Source of the DNA: Deltaproteobacteria bacterium | GTDB taxonomy: Bacteria > Myxococcota_A > Polyangia > Polyangiales > Houyiibacteriaceae | Assembly: GCA_034670305.1 (NCBI GenBank) | Contig: JAXMNT010000005.1 | Span: 192,415 to 256,414 of the forward strand | Length of the DNA stretch: 64,000 nucleotides | Direction of reading: 5' to 3' | Part shown: piece after piece, positions 51,227 through 60,175 of the stretch | Layout: the number at the start of each line of letters is the position of its first letter | Position numbering within the stretch: the first letter of the stretch is position 1 | The notes under the pieces: generated by a model | Database searches by the model: none | The model's input: the letters and a program-made list of their open reading frames with translations, nothing else | Told to the model about the DNA's origin: nothing | Position numbers and translations under genes: made by a program

Positions 51227-51934
51227 GTTCGGTCCGCTCGTGGGTGCACGGAGCAGCGTGGGCGCGTGGAGGGCCAACCCGGCCAGCAGCGCGGCGGCCA
51301 GGGTCGCCGAGGCGCCGAGGAGCGCCCAGCGAATGGACGGTCCGCCGGGCGCCATGGCGAGGGCCGCGCCGATCCACAAGACCACCACCGCTGCGGTGCA
51401 GCCGGTCAGGATCCACTCGGCCAAACGCAGGAGTGCGCGGCGGTTGCGCGCGCCCTCCAGCACGTGCGCGGCCCAGACGACCAGCGCCACGTCCACGATC
51501 GGCGGCACGAGCGACCACCAGAGTTTGGTCGGAGAGCCGTACCCGTGGGCGTCTCCGAGCCCGGACCAGTGCAGCGGCCCGATCGATGGCAAGAGCGGCA
51601 AGAGCGCGCCGAAGAGCACCGCGCCGGCGAGTGTCAGGCCGGTCGCGAAGGCGAGGTGCGGCCAGGACACTCCGTCGTGTTTCGGACCGCCGAGGCCCCA
51701 CGCGACCGATGGCGCTGCGATCCCCAACCCCGCCGCGGCGACGACCTGCACGGGCGCCTCCGCAGCCACGATGGTCGTGACCATCAGCACCCCGGCGCCC
51801 CCGCAGAACCAACGCGCCGCGGTGCGCCACACCGACCGTTCGGCGCGGCCCAGCCGGAGCACGGCGGCGACGACCACCGCCCCCACGATCAAGCCCAGCC
51901 AAGCGCGCGTCGTCCCGCCCATCTCGAGTGCCAT
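51224..51934 (-). CDS. Hypothetical multi-pass membrane protein
   Basis: About seven hydrophobic helices starting MALEMGGTTRAW. Confidence 0.55.
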   Translation of the reverse strand: MALEMGGTTRAWLGLIVGAVVVAAVLRLGRAERSVWRTAARWFCGGAGVLMVTTIVAAEAPVQVVAAAGLGIAAPSVAWGLGGPKHDGVSWPHLAFATGLTLAGAVLFGALLPLLPSIGPLHWSGLGDAHGYGSPTKLWWSLVPPIVDVALVVWAAHVLEGARNRRALLRLAEWILTGCTAAVVVLWIGAALAMAPGGPSIRWALLGASATLAAALLAGLALHAPTLLRAPTSGPN

Positions 51935-51951
51935 AGCAGGTCCAAACAAAG

Positions 51952-52213
51952 ATCCCTTGCCCGTGCCCTTGCCCGTGCCCTTGCCCTTGGGGTTCGAAGC
52001 CTGAGTCCGAAGCCTGAAGCCGAAGCCTGAAGCCGAATCCGAACCCGAAGCCGAATCCGACGCCGAGGCCGAATCCGAAGCCGAAGCCGACGCCGAAGCC
52101 GAAGCCGAGGCCGAAGCCGAATCCGACGCCGAAGCCGAGGCCGAAGCCGAAGCCGAAGCTGACGCCGGAACCACCCAAAGGGCAAGGGCAAGGGCACGGG
52201 CATGGGCAAGGGT
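51952..52213. repeat. Palindromic composite: (CCCTTG/CCCGTG)n - (GAAGCC)n - (AAGGGC/ACGGGC)n
   Basis: Inverted hexamer tracts at ~51952-51990 and ~52175-52213 enclose a GAAGCC/GAATCC tract. Confidence 0.85.
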
Positions 52214-52219
52214 CTTAAC

Positions 52220-52255
52220 GCGACGAGGCGGGGAGTTGCCTCCCCGCCTCGTCGC
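52220..52255 (-). terminator. 16-bp perfect hairpin downstream of the lipoprotein gene
   Basis: gcgacgaggcggggag-ttgc-ctccccgcctcgtcgc. Confidence 0.65.
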
Positions 52256-52291
52256 TCGGACCCGCGGATGCGGGCCGAATGTGGGTCTGGC

Positions 52292-52837
52292 TCAGTTGGC
52301 CGCTTGGGGGCGCATGAGCGCGCGGATGCGCTGGACCTCGGGGTCGTTTTGCATCGCGCGGCAGGTCTCCATGTTGGCCATGGCGTAGGCCGGGACCATG
52401 CACTGCTGGGCGTTCTCGGGGAGCTGGTTGCAGGCCTCGAGGAAGGTGTCGCGGTCGGGCATGCCCTGGCCGCTGCCCTCGCCGAGCTGCTTGGTGAGCG
52501 CGGCCATCATGGCCTGCGCGCCGCTGTAGGCCTGCTCGCAGTTCGAGCCGCCTTCGGCCCCTGCTTCGCCGGCGGCTACGGCTGCGCCGAGTGCCTGCCC
52601 GAGCGCGGCGAGTCCTTCGCCGGCCTGGTTGGCACCGGTCGCGGCTTCGGCGGCGTTGGTCGCGGCTTCGGTGTTCGCTGCGGCCGCTTCATTCGCTGCG
52701 GCGGTGGCTGCGTTGTCGGCGGCTGCCTGGAGCGATGCCGCCAGGTCGTTGGCGGCCGATTCGGCTTCTTCTTCGTTTCCGCCGCAACCCAGGGCGACGA
52801 TGAGGGCGAGCGCGCTCGCGGTCGTGATCTTCTTCAT
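52292..52837 (-). CDS. Ala-rich lipoprotein
   Basis: MKKITTASALALIVALGC lipobox, four-Cys helical C-terminus, RBS ggagg. Confidence 0.8.
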   Translation of the reverse strand: MKKITTASALALIVALGCGGNEEEAESAANDLAASLQAAADNAATAAANEAAAANTEAATNAAEAATGANQAGEGLAALGQALGAAVAAGEAGAEGGSNCEQAYSGAQAMMAALTKQLGEGSGQGMPDRDTFLEACNQLPENAQQCMVPAYAMANMETCRAMQNDPEVQRIRALMRPQAAN

Positions 52838-53051
52838 GAGGTCCTCCGTGCGACCCCGTCTGAAGTCGCGATGGGCCCACCTACCACGGCCTCGCGGCGT
52901 CGGAAAGCAGGCAGTCGGTCTCCCGGTGCTGTGCCAATGCTCCTGGCGTCCGGCGCCAATGGGTTCTACACGCGTGGCTCGGGTGCCCTCGCGGCGCCCG
53001 CCCCAAGGACCAACCCCGGGCGGAAAATCCGCTCCAAACAAGGAAACCTCC

Positions 53052-54248
53052 ATGGCCAAGAAACTCTCCAAAGAACTCTGGATCGTCGGCGCGAAACGCA
53101 CCCCCTTCGGTGCGATGAACGGCACCCTCAAAGGCATCAGCGCCATCGACCTCGGCGTGCTCGCCAGCAACGCCGCCCTCGCCCAGAGCGGCGTGGAGCC
53201 GGGCGAACTCGGCCATGTGATCCTCGGCAACGTGCAGCAGACCAGCGCCGACGCCATCTACGGCGCGCGCCACGTGGGTTTGAAAGCCGGCGTGCCGATC
53301 GAAGTGCCCGCGCTCACCGTCAACCGCCTCTGCGGCTCCGGCTTCCAGGCGGTCGTGAACGCCGCCGAACAGATCCTCCTCGGTGAAGCGAAGGCCGTGC
53401 TCGCGGTCGGCGCGGAGAACATGAGCCAAGCGCCGCACTCGGTGTGGGGCCTGCGCGACGGCGCCAAGTTCGGTCGCCCGCCCGCGATGGTGGACACCCT
53501 CTGGGAAGCGCTTACGGACAGCTACTGCAAGACGCCGATGGCCGTCACCGCGGAGAACCTCGCCGACAAGTACAAGGTCACCCGCGAAGAGGCCGACGCA
53601 TTCGCGCTCCGCAGCCAGAAGAACTGGGCCGCCGCCCAGGAAGCGGGCGCCTTCAAGGACGAGATCGCACCGGTCGAAGTGAAGTCGCGCCGCGGCACCA
53701 AGACGCTCGACAAAGACGAACACCCGCGCCCCGACACCACGATGGAGATCCTCGGCAAGCTGCCGACGGTCTTCAAGAAGGACGGAGTCGTGACGGCCGG
53801 CAACGCGTCGGGCATCTGCGACGGAGCCGCCGCGCTCGTGGTCGTGGACGCCGAGTGGGGCAAGAGCCGCGGCCTGACGCCGCTCGCCAAGATCCTGCAG
53901 TGGGGTGTGGCCGGCGTGGAGCCGACCATGATGGGCATCGGACCGGCGCCCGCCATCCGCACCGCGCTCGACCGCGCAGGCCTGGCCCTCGGCGATGTCG
54001 GGCTCTTCGACATCAACGAAGCGTTCGCGCCGCAGTTCCTCGCCGTGCAGCGAGAGCTCGAGCTGCCGGAGGAGCAGGTCAACGTGAACGGTGGCGCCAT
54101 CGCCCTCGGTCACCCGCTCGGCGCCACCGGCGCCCGCATCACGACCAACCTCATCTACACCGGCCGCACCCGCGGCGCCGGCATCACGGTCGGCTCCGCT
54201 TGCATCGGTGGCGGCCAGGGCATCGCGATCGTTCTCGAGAGCTGCTGA
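53052..54248 (+). CDS. Acetyl-CoA C-acyltransferase (thiolase)
   Basis: RTPFG, NRLCGSG, TAGNASG, NEAFA, GGAIALGHP, CIGGGQG. Confidence 0.95.
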   Translation: MAKKLSKELWIVGAKRTPFGAMNGTLKGISAIDLGVLASNAALAQSGVEPGELGHVILGNVQQTSADAIYGARHVGLKAGVPIEVPALTVNRLCGSGFQAVVNAAEQILLGEAKAVLAVGAENMSQAPHSVWGLRDGAKFGRPPAMVDTLWEALTDSYCKTPMAVTAENLADKYKVTREEADAFALRSQKNWAAAQEAGAFKDEIAPVEVKSRRGTKTLDKDEHPRPDTTMEILGKLPTVFKKDGVVTAGNASGICDGAAALVVVDAEWGKSRGLTPLAKILQWGVAGVEPTMMGIGPAPAIRTALDRAGLALGDVGLFDINEAFAPQFLAVQRELELPEEQVNVNGGAIALGHPLGATGARITTNLIYTGRTRGAGITVGSACIGGGQGIAIVLESC

Positions 54249-54255
54249 ACGCTCC

Positions 54256-55602
54256 GTGAGTGAGGTCGACGAGGCCGCGGCGCCCGCTGCGGCCATCCCG
54301 TCGCTCGAGGAAGTCCGTGCGCTGGACCGTGCCCACGTCTGGCGTCCGTACACCTCGAGCGAAGCCCACGCGACCCGTGACGATCTGATCGTCACGGGGG
54401 CGTCGGGCTGCCGTCTGCATTGCGCCGACGGCCGCAGTTACTTGGACGCGACGAGCTCCTGGTGGACGGCCGCGCTCGGGTACGGCCACCCGCGCCTCGT
54501 CGGCGCGCTCCAGTCACAAGCGGCGCAGCTCGCCCACGTCGCCATGGCGGGGGCCACCCACGCGCCCGCCGCGCGCCTCGCTCAGAAGTTGAGCCAGATC
54601 GCACCGGCGCATGGGGACCCGCTCACCCGCGTCTTCTACAGCGACAACGGCAGCACCAGCGTCGAGGTCGCGCTCAAGATCGCGTTCCAGGCGTTCGCTC
54701 AGAACGGAGAGCCGGAGCGGCAGCGTTTCCTCTCGCTGCCGGGCAGCTACCACGGCGACACCCTCGGCGCGATGAGCGTCGGTTCGCTGGACGAGTTCGG
54801 CAAGGTGTTCCGGCCGCTGCTCTTCTCCCACAACGACGAACCGGTTCCGAAGCACGAGGCCGCGTGGCGCGCGTTCTTCGCGCGACTGACCGAGACGCTC
54901 CGCCGCGACGCCTCCACCATCGCCGCGGTGATCGTGGAGCCGCTGGTGCTCGGGGCCGCCGGCATGTCGATGTACCCGGCGGCGCTCTTGCACGACTTGC
55001 GGCAGGTGTGCACCGAGACCGGTGTGCTGCTCATCGCGGACGAAGTGTTCACCGGCCTCGGCCGGACGGGCCGGCGGTGGGCATGCGACCACGCGGAGAT
55101 CACGCCAGACCTGATGTGCGTCTCGAAAGCGTTGACCGGTGGGCTGCTGCCGTTTGCGGCCACGCTGGCGACCGAGTCGCTCTACGACCGGTTCCGGGGC
55201 GACATCTCGCGGGCGGTGATGCACGGACACACCTACACCGGCAACCCACTCGGAGCGGCGGTCGCGCTCGAGACCTTGAACGTCTTCGACGACGAGCGGG
55301 TGCTCGAGCAGATGGCCCCGCGCTGCGAGGCGGTGTCCGCAGCGTTCACCGCAATGGCGGGGATCCCAGGCGCGGTGCGCCCCCGCGCGCTCGGCATGAT
55401 CGGAGCGATCGACCTCGGCGACGGCGGCTACTACGGTACGCGCGGCTGGGCGGTGCACGAAGCCGCGAAGGCGCGCGGCGTGTGGCTGCGGCCACTGGGC
55501 GACACGGTCTACGTCGTGCCGCCGCTGACGATCGCAATGGACGACTTGACGCAAATGCTCGACGTGGTGACCGAAAGCGTGGCCGAGGTGTCTCGTGTCT
55601 GA
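54256..55602 (+). CDS. bioA: Adenosylmethionine-8-amino-7-oxononanoate transaminase
   Basis: HVWRPYT, SSWW, SDNGSTSVEVALK, YHGDTLGAMS, ADEVFTG, SKALTGG, HGHTYTGNP, LRPLG. Confidence 0.92.
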   Translation: MSEVDEAAAPAAAIPSLEEVRALDRAHVWRPYTSSEAHATRDDLIVTGASGCRLHCADGRSYLDATSSWWTAALGYGHPRLVGALQSQAAQLAHVAMAGATHAPAARLAQKLSQIAPAHGDPLTRVFYSDNGSTSVEVALKIAFQAFAQNGEPERQRFLSLPGSYHGDTLGAMSVGSLDEFGKVFRPLLFSHNDEPVPKHEAAWRAFFARLTETLRRDASTIAAVIVEPLVLGAAGMSMYPAALLHDLRQVCTETGVLLIADEVFTGLGRTGRRWACDHAEITPDLMCVSKALTGGLLPFAATLATESLYDRFRGDISRAVMHGHTYTGNPLGAAVALETLNVFDDERVLEQMAPRCEAVSAAFTAMAGIPGAVRPRALGMIGAIDLGDGGYYGTRGWAVHEAAKARGVWLRPLGDTVYVVPPLTIAMDDLTQMLDVVTESVAEVSRV

Positions 55603-55671
55603 CCCCATGTGCGATCTGCGCCAGCCGTCCCAGTTGTCCGTGTCTATGTTCGGCTCCGAGGTGGCGTCTTC

Positions 55672-56673
55672 ATGATGTGGCTCTGGATAGGGTTCCTCGT
55701 CCTCGTGGCGCTCTTGCTCGCGCTCGACTTGGGCGTGTTCCACAAGAACCCGCATGCGGTGACGGCGAAGGAAGCGCTCTACTGGTCGATCGCCTGGATC
55801 ACCCTCGGCAGCTCCTTCACTGGCTTCGTGTACCTCGTCTTCGAGAACGGCTGGTTCGACGCCACGCTGCTGAGCCCGGAGGGCGTGCCGCTGCCGTTCG
55901 AGCCGGGTCACGGCGCCATCGCCGCGACCCGCTACATCACCGCGTACCTGCTCGAGAAGTCGCTCAGCGTGGACAACATCTTTGTCATCGCGCTGGTCTT
56001 CAATCAGTTCAAGGTCGACCCGATCCACCGGCATCGGGTGCTCTTCTGGGGCGTGCTCGGCGCCATCGTCATGCGCGCTGGCATGTTGCTCGGCGGCCTG
56101 TGGTTGCTCCATCACTTCACGTGGCTCTTCTACGTGTTCGGCGGGTACCTCGTCTTCACTGGGCTCAAGCTCTTGCTGCCGGAGAAGGAAGACGACGGGA
56201 CGCACGGCGAAGGCACGGTGGCCCGCCTGCGCCGTTGGCTGCATGTGGCACCGGACAGCCCAGACCACGCCGGCAAGTTCTTCACCCGGGTGGACGGCAA
56301 ACTCGCGCTCACGATGCTCGGGCTGACGCTGATCGTGATCGAGTGGACGGACCTGATCTTCGCGCTCGACTCGATCCCCGCGGTCATCGCCGTCGCACCG
56401 GAACCGTTCATCGTGTTCACGTCGAACATCTTCGCGATCATGGGTTTGCGCTCGCTCTACTTCGTGCTCGAGAGCGCGATTCACAAGTTCGGAGAGCTCA
56501 AGTACGCGCTCGCCGTCATCCTCACCTTCATCGGCGGCAAGATGATCGCCCACGACTGGGTGCACCTGCCCAACTGGGTGTCGCTCACGGTCATCGTCAC
56601 GGCGATCAGCCTCGCGATTGGCGTGTCGTATCTGCGGGCAAGAGTTCGCCAGGCCGAAGTGGACGAAGCGTGA
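55672..56673 (+). CDS. TerC/Alx family metal-homeostasis membrane protein
   Basis: LDLGVF, EKSLSVDNIFV, HRVLFWG, DLIFALDSIPA, TSNIFAIMGLRSLYF. Confidence 0.92.
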   Translation: MMWLWIGFLVLVALLLALDLGVFHKNPHAVTAKEALYWSIAWITLGSSFTGFVYLVFENGWFDATLLSPEGVPLPFEPGHGAIAATRYITAYLLEKSLSVDNIFVIALVFNQFKVDPIHRHRVLFWGVLGAIVMRAGMLLGGLWLLHHFTWLFYVFGGYLVFTGLKLLLPEKEDDGTHGEGTVARLRRWLHVAPDSPDHAGKFFTRVDGKLALTMLGLTLIVIEWTDLIFALDSIPAVIAVAPEPFIVFTSNIFAIMGLRSLYFVLESAIHKFGELKYALAVILTFIGGKMIAHDWVHLPNWVSLTVIVTAISLAIGVSYLRARVRQAEVDEA

Positions 56674-56708
56674 GCGACGCGTCCGCAGCGGCCTGATAAC
56701 CTCCCGTC

Positions 56709-58073
56709 ATGTCGGGATTCGATGCCTCCAGGATGTGCGCGAAGGAGACCGCTGCGCCGGTCCGCACATCCAGGACACGCGCCTCGGTCGTCGCGGTCCT
56801 GCTCGCGCTGACGTCGTGCACGCCACTGGCGGACCTCGACGAACGACTGGACGGCGGGGTGGACGGTGGCACCGACGTCGGCCCGCCCGACGCACCGGAC
56901 ACCGGCCCGCCTGATCCCTGCGGCGTGGAATCCGAGCGTCCGGTGATCGAGGTCGGCAGCTTCGTCTCGGGGGTCGGCCGCATCCTGGCGGAGTCCCAGA
57001 CCTGGGTGTGCACGAACGTGTTCTTACTCAAGGCCGGCACGACCTACGTCACGGGGACCAGCGTGGTCGACGTGCAGCCCGGCACCCTGATTCGCGCCGA
57101 GCCCGGCGCCGAGCTCATCTTCCAGAACGGCACCCGAATGGACGCGGTCGGCACGCCGGAACAACCCGTCGTATTCCGTGCCGTGAGCAGCCACTGGGGC
57201 GGACTCTACTTGCTCGGCGACGCACCGGTGGCGGGCGACAGCCGCGCCCTCGGGTTCGGGATCGCGGAACGGGTGACCTATGGCGGGTCGGATCCAGCCC
57301 ACGACTGCGGCCGTTTCGAGTACGTGCGCGTCGTGCGCGGTGGCCAGCGCGGCGCCTCACTGTTCTTTGGCGCGTGCGGCACCGACACGGTCGTGGACCA
57401 CGTGCAGATCCACGGCGCGTTCGACGACCAACTCGAGGTGCGGGGCGGCGGCGCCGACTTCCGACACATCGTGCTCTCGAACGGCGATGCCGATGGGTTT
57501 CGCTGGGACGAAGGGTGGCGCGGCACCCTGCAGTTCGCGATCATGCACCACTCACCGGCGAACGATCGGGCGGCGCTGGATGGTCAGGGACCGGATCCGG
57601 TCGAGCGGCGTTCGTCCATGGTCGCCTCCAACCTGACGATGGTGGGGCTGAACACAGACTCGGAGACGGCGGTCGATCTCGAAGCCGGCAACTGCCAAGT
57701 GTTCAACTCGATCGTCCAGGGATTCCGAGGGGTGCTCAACGTCTCGGACACCTACCTGAGAGACGAGGGTCCGGACGGAATCGACGTCCAGAACAGCCTC
57801 TTCTTCGACCCGACCGACATGTTCTTCGTCGACGAGGCGTTCCGCGGCAGGGAGTTCATGAACGGCAACGTGGTGGCGGACCCCGAACTGCCCGCCTCCG
57901 CGACGAGCGTCGCTGGTTTCACCCGCGACTTCCAGCCGCATGCCGCCTCTCCGGCCGCGGCCGGCGGATCCGAGACCTTGCCCGATGGCCTCGAGCCAAC
58001 GTCTTACCTCGGCGCGATCGATCCGAGCGGAGACGACTGGACCGAAGGCTGGGTCACCTTCGAAGCCCGCTGA
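56709..58073 (+). CDS. Secreted lipoprotein with probable beta-helix
   Basis: LTSC lipobox, VQPGTLI, GTPEQPVVF, WGGLYLLG, YVRV, terminal WTEGWVTF. Confidence 0.7.
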   Translation: MSGFDASRMCAKETAAPVRTSRTRASVVAVLLALTSCTPLADLDERLDGGVDGGTDVGPPDAPDTGPPDPCGVESERPVIEVGSFVSGVGRILAESQTWVCTNVFLLKAGTTYVTGTSVVDVQPGTLIRAEPGAELIFQNGTRMDAVGTPEQPVVFRAVSSHWGGLYLLGDAPVAGDSRALGFGIAERVTYGGSDPAHDCGRFEYVRVVRGGQRGASLFFGACGTDTVVDHVQIHGAFDDQLEVRGGGADFRHIVLSNGDADGFRWDEGWRGTLQFAIMHHSPANDRAALDGQGPDPVERRSSMVASNLTMVGLNTDSETAVDLEAGNCQVFNSIVQGFRGVLNVSDTYLRDEGPDGIDVQNSLFFDPTDMFFVDEAFRGREFMNGNVVADPELPASATSVAGFTRDFQPHAASPAAAGGSETLPDGLEPTSYLGAIDPSGDDWTEGWVTFEAR

Positions 58074-58081
58074 TTTCTCGA

Positions 58082-58372
58082 ACAGCGCCAGCGAGTCAGG
58101 CGGCTCCCCCCGTGCACCTGCGCAGGCCGCAGGCCGAGCAACTGGTGCACTCCCCAAGTGCGTCATAGAGGCGGCGGGAGTGCATCGACCGCGCACAGCC
58201 GCCAAGAGCTTCAGATGCTTCTTCATGCATCCACAGGAAGGGCGGCGAGCACGTCGATGTGCCCAGGTGGGGAGGAGGCCGTAGGCCGGAGGGGGAACCC
58301 TTCCCCCTCAGAAAGGAGGACGCCGAATTAGGGCCGCCAGTCCCGCGAAGCGGGCCAGGCCCGTAGTGCCAG
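58082..58372. repeat. Diverged REP-like element (B-spacer-A) between convergent genes
   Basis: Module B at ~58112-58155. Module A variant gggccgccagtcccgcgaagcgggccaggccc at 58331-58362. Confidence 0.85.
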
Positions 58373-60175
58373 TTAAGAAGCCGGGAGCCAGATTCGGAAG
58401 GTGGTGCCGTCGCCGAGCAGGCTCTGGACCGAGATGCGGCCGCCGTGCTGCTGCACGATCTTGCGCACGATGGACAGGCCGAGTCCGGTGCCCTTGCCTT
58501 CGCCCTTCGTCGAGTAGAAGGGCTCGAAGATGGTGTCGAGCTGGTCGGTGGGAATGCCGGCGCCGTTGTCCTTGAGGCGGACCTCGACCCCGTCGTTGAA
58601 CACCGTGGTGCTGAGCGTCAGCAGCCCGGCGCCATCCGGCATCGCGTGGCAGGCGTTCGTCACGAGGTTGATGAACACCTGGTGCAGCTGGCCGCGCACG
58701 CCGTGGATCATCGGCACCTCGGCGTAGGTCTTGGTGACCACCGCGCTCGACTCCGAGATGACGTGTTCACAGAAGACCACCGCTTGATCGAGCACCTCCG
58801 CGATGTCGAGTTCGCGGGGCTCTTCGGTGGCCGGCCGCGCGTAGGTCACCAGATCCCGCGTGAACCGCAGGATGCGCTCGGAGGCTTGCACGATCCGGCG
58901 CAGCTTCTCGACGTCCCCCGCTTCCGCGTTCTCCTTCTGGTGCTTCTGCAGCAGGTACTCCGCGTAGACCGAGATGCTCGTGAGCGGGTTGTTGAGCTCG
59001 TGTACGACGCCTGCGGCAAGCTGCCCGAGGGTGGCGAGCTTCTCGGCCTGCACGATCTGGCCTTCGAGCCGTCGCAGCTCGGTGAGGTCGCGTCCGATCG
59101 CGATGACGCCTTCGACCACACCGTCCGCGCCCAGCACGGAGACGAGGTTGGTCGAGAGCCGCGACACACCGCCCTCCGGGTTCACGAGGCTGACTTCGAA
59201 TCCGTCCATCGCACGACCGCGCATGGCGGCGACGAGGGCGGGGAGCAGTTTGCCTTGCTCCGACTCGGGCACGAGCGTCAGGAAGTCTTCGCCCACGAGG
59301 TCTTCGCGGCGCTGTCCGACGAGCCGCAACAGCGCTTCGCTCACGACCTGGACCTTGCGGTGGCGGTCGATGACGACGATCGGGACATTCGCGTGGTCGA
59401 GCAGGCGCGCGACGTAGCCGCTGAGGTAGTTCGCCTCCTGGCGCGCTCGACTGCGTGCGAGGGATCCCGCCAGCTGCGTCGCGAAGAGCTGCACGAGCGC
59501 GTCGTCTCCGGTCGGCTTCGCGAGGTCCGGCGCGTACTCCATGCCGACGGTGCCGTAGAGCACACCGTCCGCGACCAGGGGCGCATCGCAGCCCGAGGCG
59601 CCTTCGGCGAGATCCGCTTCGTAGGTGGGTACGATCTCGATGCCGGCCCGCCGCACCATGTCGAGCGGGAGGTTGGCGATCGCCAGCGCGTGGGCGGTCA
59701 ACCGGATGCGTTCCGGTGGATGGGAGCAGAGCCGCCCGGTGGATCGGACCAGATCCACGACGCCCGTCGCCGGATCCACGACCCGGACGATCAGTCGACG
59801 GCCGGGGAACACGCGTGAGAACGCGGCGATGTACTCGGCGAGAACGTCCTCTTCGTCCGCGCCTGCGGAGACATCGAGGGCGAGCTCAGCGCACAGCCGC
59901 GCGATGGATGCCAGGTCGACGGCGCGCACTTCTCCCTGGCCGACACGGATGTCGGAGGCCCGCTGTTCGGCCGGATCCACTTCGCTGATTCGTTCGCGCC
60001 GACGCGACGGCGGAACCCTCAGAGAACCGGATTCCCGTTTCTCCCAGGACTCGCGGAGGCCTTCATCGACCTCGCCGTCTCCGTTTTCTTTTTCCGCGCC
60101 CAATCCGTCTCCCTGACTCCCCCACCCCTTCCACTCTGTTGCATCCCCCGATGCCGGCCCCGTGGCCGTTGGCAC
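58373..60175 (-). CDS. Cytoplasmic GAF-PAS histidine kinase
   Basis: QAEKLATLGQLAAGVVHELNNPL, NLVTNACHA, DNGAGI, FEPFYSTK, GTGLGL. GTG overlaps the upstream TAG, but the start is uncertain. Confidence 0.9.
   Translation of the reverse strand: MPTATGPASGDATEWKGWGSQGDGLGAEKENGDGEVDEGLRESWEKRESGSLRVPPSRRRERISEVDPAEQRASDIRVGQGEVRAVDLASIARLCAELALDVSAGADEEDVLAEYIAAFSRVFPGRRLIVRVVDPATGVVDLVRSTGRLCSHPPERIRLTAHALAIANLPLDMVRRAGIEIVPTYEADLAEGASGCDAPLVADGVLYGTVGMEYAPDLAKPTGDDALVQLFATQLAGSLARSRARQEANYLSGYVARLLDHANVPIVVIDRHRKVQVVSEALLRLVGQRREDLVGEDFLTLVPESEQGKLLPALVAAMRGRAMDGFEVSLVNPEGGVSRLSTNLVSVLGADGVVEGVIAIGRDLTELRRLEGQIVQAEKLATLGQLAAGVVHELNNPLTSISVYAEYLLQKHQKENAEAGDVEKLRRIVQASERILRFTRDLVTYARPATEEPRELDIAEVLDQAVVFCEHVISESSAVVTKTYAEVPMIHGVRGQLHQVFINLVTNACHAMPDGAGLLTLSTTVFNDGVEVRLKDNGAGIPTDQLDTIFEPFYSTKGEGKGTGLGLSIVRKIVQQHGGRISVQSLLGDGTTFRIWLPAS

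Noticed and set aside
55603-55671. yybP-ykoY (Mn) riboswitch expected before TerC/Alx
   Set aside because: The leader is only ~70 nt after bioA and I see no recognisable aptamer.
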